64,000 nt of DNA from assembly GCA_001776785.1 (NCBI GenBank), contig MFDF01000008.1, positions 103,097-167,096 of the forward strand, written 5' to 3'. The DNA is from Candidatus Daviesbacteria bacterium RIFCSPHIGHO2_12_FULL_37_16. GTDB lineage: Bacteria > Patescibacteriota > Microgenomatia > Daviesbacterales > UBA10151. The position numbers were made by a program, and so were the translations under genes. The notes beneath the pieces were generated by a model. That model searched no databases, had not been told where the DNA came from, and saw only the letters and a list, made by a program, of their open reading frames with translations. Positions 18,502-28,773 of this stretch are shown here, piece after piece (position 1 is the stretch's first letter; each line of letters begins with the position of its first letter).

Positions 18502-19295
18502 TGGTAAATTTATCAATAATTTTCGAAGATGACTTCCTGGTGGTTATAGATAAACCGCCTAATGTTTCAGTAACAGATGAGGGAGTTAAAGCTGGTGAAG
18601 AAACCATAGCCTCAATTCTTGCTAAAGAGTTAGGTATAAAAGCTGAAAGGGGAGGGATAGTCCACAGGCTAGACAAAGCTACCTCCGGGCTTTTACTGGC
18701 AGCCAAAACCAATGAGGTAGCCCAAAAATTAAAAGACCAGTTCAAAGGCAGGACTATTAAAAAAACCTATCTGGCTTTGGTCCATGGCATAGTTCAAGAT
18801 GGTGGGGTTATCGAAGGATCTATCCGGAGAAACCCTGAAAACAGGTTTAAATTTACAGTAGATGATAGTGGAAGAGATGCTGTAACTGAGTATAAACCCT
18901 TACAACAATTTCAAATTTCGTTTTTCGAAAGAAAATTTGCTAAAGCAAACAATTTAAAATTTAAAATTATATTACAGGAATTAAATAAAAGAGAAATCAA
19001 CAAGCTAGAGCTTCAAAATTATAACCAATTCACTCTCCTTGAATGTTACCCAAAAACTGGACGTACTCACCAGATTAGGGTACATTTAAAGTACATTGGT
19101 TTTCCAATAGTAGGGGACGAAAAATACGCTGGAAGAAAGACTGCCAGGTTAGATCACCATTGGTGTCCCAGGCAATTTCTCCACGCAGCAAAATTAGAAT
19201 TTGATCACCCTGTAACAGGGGAGCGGATGGTTTTTGAAAGTCAATTGCCAAGTGACTTAAAAAAGGTTTTGGATGTTTTAGGACAATTAAGATAA
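18498..19295 (+). CDS. RluA-family pseudouridine synthase
   Basis: Catalytic motif HRLDKATSGLLLAAKT. The C-terminal half has the usual layout, including the conserved Arg (TGRTHQIRVHL). Confidence 0.8.
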   Translation: MMVNLSIIFEDDFLVVIDKPPNVSVTDEGVKAGEETIASILAKELGIKAERGGIVHRLDKATSGLLLAAKTNEVAQKLKDQFKGRTIKKTYLALVHGIVQDGGVIEGSIRRNPENRFKFTVDDSGRDAVTEYKPLQQFQISFFERKFAKANNLKFKIILQELNKREINKLELQNYNQFTLLECYPKTGRTHQIRVHLKYIGFPIVGDEKYAGRKTARLDHHWCPRQFLHAAKLEFDHPVTGERMVFESQLPSDLKKVLDVLGQLR

Positions 19296-19353
19296 TTAAT
19301 TTACAATTTTTAATTTTCAATGAAAATTTCAAATTTAAAATTTCAAATTTAGA

Positions 19354-21012
19354 ATGGATAATATATTCTTACAGCTAGCCATAGTCTTATCCCTATCCTC
19401 CCTCTTTGGCTACCTGGTATACAGGTCAAAACTTCCTTTAGTGGTAGCGTACCTTTTAGCTGGTGTATCACTTTCTTTAATAACCTTTTTTGATATAAAA
19501 AACCTGGAAGTTTTCCACTTTCTTCCTGAAATAGGCATAGCCTTTGTACTTTTCCTTATTGGAATGGAGCTTGACCTGAGAGAAATTAAGGCACTTGGTA
19601 AGCCCATAATTTTTGCTTCACTGGGTCAGATAATTATTTCAGCTTTAGCAGGATATGCAATAGCAGGAGCTTTAGGTTTTAATTCAATAGAAAGCTTTTA
19701 TTTAGGCATTGGCCTTTCTTTTTCGTCAACTTTAGTTGTTATTAAAATGCTTCTTGAAAGAAGGGATCTGGCTTCTTTGTACGGCAAACTTTCTATTGGA
19801 ATCCTTCTTTTAGAAGACCTTGTTGCAGTTGCTTTACTTATGGTTATCTCTGTTTCCTCCTCTGCATTTTCTTTTGGTTTTCAGCAAAGCCTTCCTCTTT
19901 TAACACTTTTTCTAAAAGCCATAGGCCTATTCCTGGCAACTTTTGTCCTCTCAAAATTTGTTTTAGAAAAGCTTTTTGATGCTGTTGCTAAAAATGGGGA
20001 ACTGCTTTTTCTATCAGCTATAGCCTGGTGTTTTGTCTTTACCACGTTGGCTATTCTTACAGGTTTCTCAGTAGAGATAGGTGCATTTCTTGCAGGTGTA
20101 GCACTGGCATCTTCTCCTTACCATCTCTCAATTCAGGGTAAAATCCGCTCCCTTAGGGATTTTTTTGTTACCCTCTTTTTTGTCTATTTAGGGACTCAGG
20201 CTAAAGTTGCAGACATAATTCAATATTGGCCGGCAGTAGTTGTATTTACCTTCTATGCGCTTGCCCTTAAACCTCTAATCTATCTTTTGATACTGGGAGT
20301 CTTCGGGTTTAGAAAGCACACCCTTTTTCAAACAGCCCTTAACCTGTCACAAATTTCAGAGTTCTCGCTTATTCTTCTGCTGGTTGGATCAAAAACAGGC
20401 CTGGTTTCAACATCAGCTTTGTCCATCATGTCAGCAGTTGCAGTCCTTTCGATCATTTTTTCATCTATCATGATTTCTTACGCCAAAAAACTTTATCAAA
20501 TCCTTGCACCATTTATCGTTTTCTTTGAGAGAAAAAATAGTTCCCATATCTTAGAGTCAAAGCTGGATGAGGAGATGGAGGACCATGTAATTTTGGTTGG
20601 TGCACACAGGGTAGGGGGGCCTGTTGTTGAGTATCTTCAGAAAACTAAAATCCCATTTGTTGTTATGGACTTTAATCCCCATGTAGTGGAACAGCTTGCC
20701 AAAAAAGGCCTGAAGGTTGTTTATGGAGATCTTGGGGATACAGAAATTTTGGACTCACTCAGCTTAGAAAAAGCTAAGCTGATAATTTCCACCTCAAGGG
20801 ATATGGATGATAATGAAATTTTATTAGATGAGTGCAAAAGACGCAAAGTAAAAGCTAAGATTGTGGCCAGGGCTCTGGATGATTCCCATGCAAAAGCCTT
20901 AAAAGCTTTAGGAGCAGATTATGTAATTATGCCAGAGCAGGTTTCAGGTGACTTTTTAGTTACTCAATTAAAGTCCCATTGGCCAAACATTAGCTTCCCA
21001 GGCCTTGATTGA
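19354..21012 (+). CDS. Kef-type (CPA2) monovalent cation:proton antiporter with C-terminal RCK/TrkA-N domain
   Basis: About 12 TM helices. Rossmann HVILVGAHRVGG followed by an RCK domain. Confidence 0.75.
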   Translation: MDNIFLQLAIVLSLSSLFGYLVYRSKLPLVVAYLLAGVSLSLITFFDIKNLEVFHFLPEIGIAFVLFLIGMELDLREIKALGKPIIFASLGQIIISALAGYAIAGALGFNSIESFYLGIGLSFSSTLVVIKMLLERRDLASLYGKLSIGILLLEDLVAVALLMVISVSSSAFSFGFQQSLPLLTLFLKAIGLFLATFVLSKFVLEKLFDAVAKNGELLFLSAIAWCFVFTTLAILTGFSVEIGAFLAGVALASSPYHLSIQGKIRSLRDFFVTLFFVYLGTQAKVADIIQYWPAVVVFTFYALALKPLIYLLILGVFGFRKHTLFQTALNLSQISEFSLILLLVGSKTGLVSTSALSIMSAVAVLSIIFSSIMISYAKKLYQILAPFIVFFERKNSSHILESKLDEEMEDHVILVGAHRVGGPVVEYLQKTKIPFVVMDFNPHVVEQLAKKGLKVVYGDLGDTEILDSLSLEKAKLIISTSRDMDDNEILLDECKRRKVKAKIVARALDDSHAKALKALGADYVIMPEQVSGDFLVTQLKSHWPNISFPGLD

Positions 21013-21055
21013 CAACGTCTGCAGGCTCATTTACAATATATATTGAGCCTAATAA

Positions 21056-21238
21056 ATGAAAAACCTCTATAAACTTTTTTTAGTTTTAGTTTTAATTTTT
21101 GTAGGCTTCTTGTTGCTTTTGGCTGGACTTAAACTTATTGAACTTGCATTAAATCTGATTTTGTATTTAGGTATAGCACTACTTACTTTGGCAGTTATTT
21201 ATTATTTTATATATCCTAATGAGAAAGGAGGGGAATAA
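21056..21238 (+). CDS. small hydrophobic protein (2 TM)
   Basis: 60-aa ORF LFLVLVLIFVGFLLLLAGL... Confidence 0.3.
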   Translation: MKNLYKLFLVLVLIFVGFLLLLAGLKLIELALNLILYLGIALLTLAVIYYFIYPNEKGGE

Positions 21239-21432
21239 GACATGGGATTTGGAGACTATTACAAGGGGGATACTAAGAAAAAAAAGAAAGGACAGGGGGG
21301 CAAACAAATTTCTATAGCTCCGGTTTTTACCCCCCCAAAAGTTGCCCCTAAGGGCAAAGATAAATTCTAACGCTTTAAAGCAGGCGTTTTTCCATAGAGC
21401 AGATTAAGACGGAAGAGAGGGGTCTATACCCG

Positions 21433-22470
21433 GTGTGGAAGAAATATCAAAAACAAAATAAACAGTCCAGGCAAATTAAACTCGCCTTTTTAGCGCTTGG
21501 ATTTCTACTTTTGCTGCTTTTAGTGGCAAAACTTTTTTCTGTATTCTCATCTCTCTTCCAGCCCTTTAATTCAGCTATTGATTCATCTAAAAAATACTCC
21601 TGGGATGGCAGTTCTTCAATTAATGTTCTAATTTATGGTCCCAGGATTTCATTAATAAATTTGCATCCCCAAAACAAAAACATGACTATTCTGCATATCT
21701 CTGATGATGTCTTTATGGAGCTTCCAAAAGGGTATGGCAGCTGGAAAGTAGGAAGTATTTATGATCTTGGTCAGGAGGAAAAACCTCAAATAGGATCTAA
21801 TCTTTTAAAGCTTTCCATCTCAAAATTAGTCGGTCTGCCAATAGATGGACTTATAATTCAAAAAGATTTAAGTCAGCCTTCAGTTGAAGACTTGGTTGGA
21901 GGCTGGCGCAAAAATCCATTTAACCGGTTAACCTTTTTAAGATCAATTTCAACGGATCTAACACCGATAGAATTGTATAAATTTATTAAGTCAAGCTCGT
22001 CTGTCCGTCCTGACCAAATCACATCTTTGAATTTAGCGCAGTCAAATATAACCCGCTCCCAGCTTCTGCCTGATTCCTCCAGGGTGCTTGGGGTAGATAC
22101 AATAAAGCTGGACACTTTTATCAGGGATAATATTTCTGACCCAACTTTATCTGAAGAAGATTTAACATTAGCAATCTTTAATGCAACACCTCATCCGGGT
22201 TTAGCCCAGCAAGCTCAAAGGATTATGACAAACCTGGGGATGAATGTAATTATTTTGGCAAATACAGAAAAAGTATTAGAAAAATCATTGGTATTGTCTA
22301 AAGAAGATAAGTTAAGAGAAACTGTTACCTTTAAAAAATCTGCACAGTTTTTTGCTCCCTCATGTATTAAAAAGACTTGCATAAGTAATGACTCAAAAAT
22401 TGATTCATCCAGAGCCCAAATTACCATAGTCCTGGGTGAGGATTTTTACAATTTATGGTATAGCAAATAA
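21433..22470 (+). CDS. LytR-CpsA-Psr (LCP) family cell-envelope transferase
   Basis: N-terminal TM anchor, NVLIYGPR...MTILHIS core pattern, and a C-terminal LytR_C-like AIFNATPHPGLAQQAQRIMTNLGMNV. Confidence 0.5.
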   Translation: MWKKYQKQNKQSRQIKLAFLALGFLLLLLLVAKLFSVFSSLFQPFNSAIDSSKKYSWDGSSSINVLIYGPRISLINLHPQNKNMTILHISDDVFMELPKGYGSWKVGSIYDLGQEEKPQIGSNLLKLSISKLVGLPIDGLIIQKDLSQPSVEDLVGGWRKNPFNRLTFLRSISTDLTPIELYKFIKSSSSVRPDQITSLNLAQSNITRSQLLPDSSRVLGVDTIKLDTFIRDNISDPTLSEEDLTLAIFNATPHPGLAQQAQRIMTNLGMNVIILANTEKVLEKSLVLSKEDKLRETVTFKKSAQFFAPSCIKKTCISNDSKIDSSRAQITIVLGEDFYNLWYSK

Positions 22471-22504
22471 ATTTATGGTAATCTCTCCCTAACTTTTCTA
22501 CAAA

Positions 22505-23245
22505 ATGATTTACGTTATTTTATTCATTGCAGTCTTAGTTATCTCATTTTTTCTAGCCTACCGTTCTATGAGCTCATTCCAGCAATATCCTTCAAAGCTT
22601 CAAAGTTATTCACTGTATCTGATTAAAAATATTAAAGAATTAAATTTGGATACATTAGAAAAACTCCATAATCTTTCACTTAGTTCCCAGCACCAGTTTT
22701 CACTGGAAGTGCTTTTTAAAGGCAATCAGGCAGCCCTCGCCCTCTATGCGCCTGCAACCTTCGCTCAGGCTACCCAGCTGCAGCTTTTAGAAATTGAAGA
22801 TTATTTAGAATCAAATAGTTTAAATCTTCCTGCAAACAAAACAACAGTTAATGAGATTTATGGGTGGGTAATTGCACCAAAGAATAATCCTAAAAAAATA
22901 TTAAATGTTTCCCAGGATTTTTTAAGGATGATAGATTTAGAAGCAAGTCAAAAATTCTTTTGGCAAATGGTTTTGCTGGCAGTAAAAAATGGGCAAAGCA
23001 AACAGTATCAGGCAACAATCAGGGTCATGGTAGCGGAATCAGATCCAATAAAAAGGGTAGAGCTTGCCAAAGCCATGGACAGAGAAATTGAGCAGCATAC
23101 AGGCCTGGTTAAAAATCCAAAAGCCTCATCAGCCTCTTTTGTTTTTGAAGCTTATTCTAAAAGAACTCTGGTACCAAAAGAAGTTTCTCCATTCATTCTG
23201 CAAATTGAAGAAGTATTTAACCTGCTTGGAAAATTAACCCACTAA
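22505..23245 (+). CDS. hypothetical membrane-anchored protein
   Basis: N-terminal TM helix, no recognisable domain. Confidence 0.4.
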   Translation: MIYVILFIAVLVISFFLAYRSMSSFQQYPSKLQSYSLYLIKNIKELNLDTLEKLHNLSLSSQHQFSLEVLFKGNQAALALYAPATFAQATQLQLLEIEDYLESNSLNLPANKTTVNEIYGWVIAPKNNPKKILNVSQDFLRMIDLEASQKFFWQMVLLAVKNGQSKQYQATIRVMVAESDPIKRVELAKAMDREIEQHTGLVKNPKASSASFVFEAYSKRTLVPKEVSPFILQIEEVFNLLGKLTH

Positions 23246-23275
23246 TCTATCTATATTTTTTGGTACACTAAATCT

Positions 23276-24694
23276 ATGCAGTCTTGGTCTCAAAAAGGTT
23301 ACATAAGTGTATTTGTCATAATTTTTCTCCTGGTTCTATCTTTTGCTCTTTATCCGCTTAAATACCCAAAATCAGAGCCCGTTTCAACGTCAAACTGTCC
23401 CATTATTGGTATAGCACCCAGTTACAATCCACCTTTTATCACTCAATTTCCAGAAAACAGAGGCAATAGACAGGTTATGGTTGACTATATATTAGTTCGG
23501 GAAAATGTGATTCTTGGAGGCCGTGAGCTAATCTTAAATGCCCCTCAGGGAGAACATGCATCTGAGTGGCCAAATCATCTGACAGAACCCATCACTAAGC
23601 CAGATGGTACCACTAAACTATACAGGCCCATGTTGGCAGATGATTGGGGAGAGCTAGGCGCAAAAGATGAATTTCAGGCAGTTGGATATAACAACTTTGA
23701 CCAAGATGGCACCAAAGGAGGTGGCAACAGGATCTATAATTTTAATAAAGAAGGTTATGTCTATGCTATGCATCTAACAGATACAGGTACACCTATAACT
23801 GTAGATTTGGACCCAACTGGCCCCGGCGGAGAACCACCATTTGCCCAGATTGTTGATCTATATCAAATGAAATCCATCTATGATGATCCGAGCAGGGCTT
23901 ATGATGACGATGGAAAAATTTTTGTCTGCCCAAAAAATAGTAGGTTTTTAAGTAAAGACCTTACTTATGCTGGCTCAAGCAATGACCAGGATATATCTAT
24001 TCCAACTCAGGCTTCTAGCTCGGGTCAACAGCTCCAGCTGCAATGGTTTAAGTTTAATTTTTCCAGCAATTCACTTCTTGATGTCACTTGTAAACCTGCA
24101 ATATATCTTTATCCCAAAGAAAAGAGCTTAGTCAATGTCAAAGTTAATACTAAAGGGTTGTTAAGTTATGTAGATCCGCCATATGATCAAAAGTTTGGTT
24201 GGAATATCACAGCCTACCCTGATGGAACGATCACAACTCTGAACTCTGAACTCTTAACTCAATCCTACCCCTATCTTTACTATGAAAGCAAAATCCCGGA
24301 TCAACTTATTAAAAAACCAGATACAGGTTGGGTAGTGGAAAAAACTAAACTTATAAGCCTTCTTAATGAAAACTTACCAAAACTTGGTTTAAATTCTACC
24401 CAGACTAAAGACTTTATAGAATATTGGGAAAAAGCTTTACCTGATTCCCCATATTATTTTGTAGGAATTATAGATCAGGAGAATATAGATAATGTAGAAC
24501 CCCTGGAGATAACTCCCAAACCAGATTATATAAACAGAGTTAGGGTCTATTTTGAGACTCTAGACCAACCTAAAAAAGTCCAAGCTCCTGTCTTAACTAA
24601 TAACTATCAACTAACAACTAATAACTTTTCTGTAGTGGAATGGGGTGGAATGGTAAAAAGGGATAAAAATCACCCCTTTATTTGCAGTGAGTAG
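23276..24694 (+). CDS. hypothetical exported protein
   Basis: N-terminal signal anchor, 472 aa, Asp/Gly-rich, no motif recognised. Confidence 0.4.
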   Translation: MQSWSQKGYISVFVIIFLLVLSFALYPLKYPKSEPVSTSNCPIIGIAPSYNPPFITQFPENRGNRQVMVDYILVRENVILGGRELILNAPQGEHASEWPNHLTEPITKPDGTTKLYRPMLADDWGELGAKDEFQAVGYNNFDQDGTKGGGNRIYNFNKEGYVYAMHLTDTGTPITVDLDPTGPGGEPPFAQIVDLYQMKSIYDDPSRAYDDDGKIFVCPKNSRFLSKDLTYAGSSNDQDISIPTQASSSGQQLQLQWFKFNFSSNSLLDVTCKPAIYLYPKEKSLVNVKVNTKGLLSYVDPPYDQKFGWNITAYPDGTITTLNSELLTQSYPYLYYESKIPDQLIKKPDTGWVVEKTKLISLLNENLPKLGLNSTQTKDFIEYWEKALPDSPYYFVGIIDQENIDNVEPLEITPKPDYINRVRVYFETLDQPKKVQAPVLTNNYQLTTNNFSVVEWGGMVKRDKNHPFICSE

Positions 24695-24738
24695 AGATTC
24701 TTATCTGCCTTGCCCAACAAAGCTTCAGCGGAGTTGGG

Positions 24739-25530
24739 TCAGAGTGAGCTGTCAGAAGCTTCTTCACCTGTGTCATCCTCAGGCATTTCTTTCATTAAAG
24801 AAATATTATCTGAAGAATAGGCTAAAACTCTTGATTCATCCAAAAATGAAGCCTGGTTTTTAAACTTTTTAGATCTGAAAACCTCTCTTATTAATATAGA
24901 AAGTCCATTGTTTTTAACAGATTTAATAATAACCTGGTATTTATTTCCTCCGGAAATTAATTTTTGCAGGTGGTGGGCACTATCATCAGGCAGGGCTCCC
25001 AGATACTGATTATAGGAATCTACTACTGATATACCCCTTTTTTTTGCTATCAAATTAACAATAGAACCGGGGGAGAGGGTTAAAAGTTTTTGCGGTTCAG
25101 CCACCTTTACTAAATTAACAATTTTTGTAACCCCTGGTTCTTCTAAAAATAGGGAAGGGGAGAGTGATGCTTTTAAAAGCCCGTTGCCACCTCCATTGTG
25201 GTTTAGTCCATTAGCATTTTTCTTAAATGAACTTATCTTTTTTATGTTTTTCTGGGCAATAGTGTTATAGGGGTCTATCTCCAAAACCTGGGAATATATT
25301 TTCTTGGCCAGGGTATATTTACCCAATTCAAAATAAGATTTTGCCAGTCTGTTTAAACACTCAGTATTTCCCGGCAATAGTTTAGAAAGCCTTAAATTTA
25401 TCTCTAAAGCTTTATCCCAATCACAATTCAACGCAGCATCTAAAGCTTGTCTGTAGAGATCATCACAAGTGGAGTCAGTAGCCATTTGATAGACACAAAG
25501 TATATGGTAGTCACAATACCTTGTCAACAT
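24739..25530 (-). CDS. TPR-repeat protein
   Basis: Tandem 34-aa TPR-like units (LAKSYFELGKYTLAKKIYSQVLEIDPYN). Confidence 0.55.
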   Translation of the reverse strand: MLTRYCDYHILCVYQMATDSTCDDLYRQALDAALNCDWDKALEINLRLSKLLPGNTECLNRLAKSYFELGKYTLAKKIYSQVLEIDPYNTIAQKNIKKISSFKKNANGLNHNGGGNGLLKASLSPSLFLEEPGVTKIVNLVKVAEPQKLLTLSPGSIVNLIAKKRGISVVDSYNQYLGALPDDSAHHLQKLISGGNKYQVIIKSVKNNGLSILIREVFRSKKFKNQASFLDESRVLAYSSDNISLMKEMPEDDTGEEASDSSL

Positions 25531-25595
25531 ATCAACTTATCCCAAAACCACCCCAACCGTTCTAATCTTCTAAATTTATTGTATAATCTTTTTCT

Positions 25596-26348
25596 ATGTC
25601 AGGGCATTCTAAGTGGTCAACTATAAAAAGAGCAAAAGGTGCAGCAGATATTAAAAGGGGACTTACTTTTACTAAAGTTGCCAACGCTATTACCATTGCT
25701 GCAAAACTGGGAGGGTCCGCTGATCCATCCTCAAATCCCAGGCTCAGGATGGTACTTGAACAAGCAAGGTCTGTAAATATGCCTAAAGACAATATCCAGA
25801 GGGCAATTGACAAGGGCCTCGGAAATCTTCCAGGTCAGGAAGTGGAAGAGGTTTTATATGAAGGTTTTGGTCCTGGAAAAATTGCTATTATTGCAGAGGG
25901 GGTAACAGATAATAGGTTAAGGACCAACCAGGAAGTAAAAAACCTATTTGAGCGCTCAGGCGGACATTTAGGCGGGCAGGGAAGTGTTTTATATATGTTT
26001 GATAAAGTTGGGGAGATAAAAACTACTTCTAAAGGTGGGAACTCTGAAGATGAAATGTTGGAACTCATGGACACAGGTGCGCAGGATTTAGAAGATTTTG
26101 AAAGTGATGGGGTTAAAAATTATCTTTTGTACACATCCCCAACTAAGTTGTTTGAAGTGAGTAATAAAGTTGCTCAACTAGGCTATTCTGTAGATACAGC
26201 TGAGCTTGTTTATAAGCCAAATCTAACAACCAAAATTACTGAGAAAGAGACAGCAGAAAGAGTAATAAATTTTATCGAAAGATTAGAAGAAAATGATGAT
26301 GTCCAAAAAGTATATGCAAATTTTGAATTTGAAGACAACTTATTGTAA
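25596..26348 (+). CDS. YebC/PmpR-family DNA-binding regulator
   Basis: Invariant N-terminus MSGHSKWSTIKRAKGAADIKRG. Confidence 0.85.
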   Translation: MSGHSKWSTIKRAKGAADIKRGLTFTKVANAITIAAKLGGSADPSSNPRLRMVLEQARSVNMPKDNIQRAIDKGLGNLPGQEVEEVLYEGFGPGKIAIIAEGVTDNRLRTNQEVKNLFERSGGHLGGQGSVLYMFDKVGEIKTTSKGGNSEDEMLELMDTGAQDLEDFESDGVKNYLLYTSPTKLFEVSNKVAQLGYSVDTAELVYKPNLTTKITEKETAERVINFIERLEENDDVQKVYANFEFEDNLL

Positions 26349-26360
26349 AGTTTATCTCTG

Positions 26361-26912
26361 ATGAAAATTCTTGGTATTGATCCTGGAACAGCCTCCACAG
26401 GTTATGGAATTATTACTGTCCCTGATGACATCATGGGGAAGGAGTTTGATTACAATATTGAACTTATAGATTATGGCTTTGTCCAAACCCCAAAAGATAC
26501 ACTAATGGAAAAAAGGCTGGTTCAGCTATACTCAGAAATGAACTCAGTCATAGAAAAACACAAGCCTGATGCTATTGTCATAGAAATGCTTTTTTTTGGG
26601 GCAAATACCAGAACAGCAATTTCTGTGGGTCAGGCTAGGGGAGTGATCATGCTTTGTGCAGGCTTTCATAGTGTTTCTATAACAGAATATTCAGGGCTTA
26701 CAGTGAAGTTAATGGTTGCAGGTGCAGGCAGGTCAGACAAAAAACAAGTCCATGAAGGAGTCAGAAACTTTTTAGCCAAAATGAAAGGGGAAAAAGCAGC
26801 AGAATTATCAAGGCCTATGGCAGGTACTAAAAGGAAAAAGAGCTGGGATGATAATGCAGTAGATGCAGTAGCAATTGCCATATGCCATGTCCTAAAGTTG
26901 GCGGCGAAGTAA
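26361..26912 (+). CDS. ruvC: crossover junction endodeoxyribonuclease RuvC
   Basis: MKILGIDPGTASTGYGII and the acidic catalytic residues D7, E66 and D154 of the RNase-H fold. Confidence 0.85.
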   Translation: MKILGIDPGTASTGYGIITVPDDIMGKEFDYNIELIDYGFVQTPKDTLMEKRLVQLYSEMNSVIEKHKPDAIVIEMLFFGANTRTAISVGQARGVIMLCAGFHSVSITEYSGLTVKLMVAGAGRSDKKQVHEGVRNFLAKMKGEKAAELSRPMAGTKRKKSWDDNAVDAVAIAICHVLKLAAK

Positions 26913-26962
26913 AACGAAGCCGCCATCCTGAGGAGCCATTAAGGCGACGAAGGATCTAATAT

Positions 26963-27784
26963 ATGAAAACATACCTTGCATCAGTTAAAGATTATTCAGG
27001 ATATCTGCAGCTTAGCAAACGTCAAAAAATTATCATTGCCTCAATTTTAGTAACACTAGGTTTGATTGTTTCAACCCAAACTGTAAGCTTTTTATATGCA
27101 AAGTTTAGACTAATTTTTGTACTGGGAATTATTGGTTACCTTTTATCTTTATGGGCACTTTGGGAGGGAATGTCAAAGTCAAAGGCTTTAATTTTATTAA
27201 TATTACCAACGCTTTATACAGTTTCTGTCACCAGCTTTTATTTTCTTCTTCCTATAAGGTGGTTAACCAGGCTCCCAATAGCAGTTTTATTTGCAATCTC
27301 TTTTTATACACTTTTGCTGTCACAAAATGTATTCAATGTTGCAAGTTTGAGGACGATCCCTTTATATAGGGCTGCCTCAACCTCAAGCTTCCTTTTTACA
27401 ATCATCACATCTTTTTTTCTATATAATGTTGTCTTTGCTCTTAACTTACCATTTTACTGGAATGGGGTAGTAGTGGCATTTTTAAGCTTTCTTTTGATAA
27501 TTCAGGTCCTTTGGTCTGTAAAAATGGAAAAGATAACAGGACAAATAATAACCTATTCTTTAATACTTGGTTTGTTAATAGGTGAGGGGGCAGTGGCCTT
27601 GTCATTTTGGCCTGTTGCCCCAACTATCTGGTCCCTGGCTCTTTCTACGTATCTTTATATATTATTGGGTGTAGTGAATGATTACCTAAGGGATAGGCTT
27701 AATAAAAGACACCTCAGGGAATATATTTTTGTAGCTGCAACAGTTTTAACATTTAGTTTTTTAGTAACATCCTGGTCAGGCTAG
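26963..27784 (+). CDS. polytopic membrane protein
   Basis: At least 7 hydrophobic helices, no motif recognised. Confidence 0.4.
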   Translation: MKTYLASVKDYSGYLQLSKRQKIIIASILVTLGLIVSTQTVSFLYAKFRLIFVLGIIGYLLSLWALWEGMSKSKALILLILPTLYTVSVTSFYFLLPIRWLTRLPIAVLFAISFYTLLLSQNVFNVASLRTIPLYRAASTSSFLFTIITSFFLYNVVFALNLPFYWNGVVVAFLSFLLIIQVLWSVKMEKITGQIITYSLILGLLIGEGAVALSFWPVAPTIWSLALSTYLYILLGVVNDYLRDRLNKRHLREYIFVAATVLTFSFLVTSWSG

Positions 27785-28212
27785 GGAAGTGGAGAAGTCT
27801 GCCACAGGGTAAAAAAAGGATTCGAATAATTCCCGAAACTATAGGACATATCGTGAAAAGAAAGTGATATAGTGTGATATAGTTACAGCGTTAACAATAG
27901 CAAACTATAGGGTCTACTGACCCTGCGAGAACTTCACATACTCCAAAGATCGTTGTCTTGGAGTGCTTCGTTCTCTAAAGTCTAGAGGGAGTGGACTACA
28001 CTTTCTAAGGACCTACTTGTGGATAACTTTAGCAGTTCTTACATAAGATTGTTAACCGTATTTTCATGCGTGAAAAATAAAGCGACATCATTTAGCAGAG
28101 GAGTATGGATATTAAATTATCATAAGCATGAGTGTAGAGGCATACTTTTGCTTCCTGCATCCCTGTCCCTACTAGTATTTACCTCTACTTTATTGACAAC
28201 AAGACTGCCCAT

Positions 28213-28233
28213 ATCCACTATGTCGCACAATGT
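28213..28233. repeat. direct repeat copy 1 (ATCCAyyTTGTCGCACAATrT-like)
   Basis: The GC-containing 11-mer TGTCGCACAAT (28221-28231) recurs at 28702-28712; flanks extend the match to about 17/21. Confidence 0.5.
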
Positions 28234-28693
28234 AGCTTATACGACATTCAGGATGCGTCTTTGCCGGAGGAGTGGTTAAACCCAATATAAAATATTAAAG
28301 ATAAAAAATCAAAAATATTTAAGCGTGGTTATTTGTGCCCGTTTTTTGTCATTTTTACTTTTTAATTTTTACTTTTTAATTTTTCCCATTACTAAAATAA
28401 CAATGTTGGGTTTGGACTGCTATATAGACCTAATCTTAAGATTACCAATTGCACCTCTCCCCTCTGCAAAAGCCGTTTTAGGGGACTTTTTGCGCCTTGT
28501 GCAAAAAGGCACCGGTATGAGTTAAATTTATTTGATCAACTAGAAAGTTGAATTCTTTCTTTTCCAAATAAACCACATCTTCTTGCCAAACTAATAGATC
28601 AGTAAATGTTTGTATTTTTCCATCTTTCATATTCTTTAATCATAAATCTTTAATCTTAAATCCACTATATGAATTATCAACCTTTTATGAACT

Positions 28694-28714
28694 ATCCATC
28701 TTGTCGCACAATAT
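28694..28714. repeat. direct repeat copy 2, 60 bp upstream of the giant-gene start
   Basis: See copy 1. Spacing is 481 bp. Confidence 0.5.
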
Positions 28715-28773
28715 TAAGTTTATTTCCGAGCTCCTCGTTGACTATTTACTAATAATATCTGAAGATATATTTA

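Noticed and set aside
19296-19353. Direct repeat aaaatttcaaattta x2 upstream of the Kef-type antiporter
   Set aside because: It is extremely AT-rich and low-complexity. It is plausible as a UP-element-like promoter sequence but is not distinguishable from background.
28019-28525. ORFs of 86 and 66 aa in the long leader upstream of the giant genes
   Set aside because: They have no RBS or start context, odd composition and no motifs. The region is more likely non-coding or regulatory, as reported in the findings.
27785-28773. Possibility that the 1 kb leader encodes tmRNA, RNase P RNA, SRP RNA or a group I/II intron
   Set aside because: I found no tRNA-like T-arm (GGTTCGAATCC) or tmRNA 3' end, no RNase P P4 motifs (AGGAAAGTCCGGGC), no SRP domain IV motif and no intron catalytic motifs on either strand. 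An unknown ncRNA cannot be excluded.
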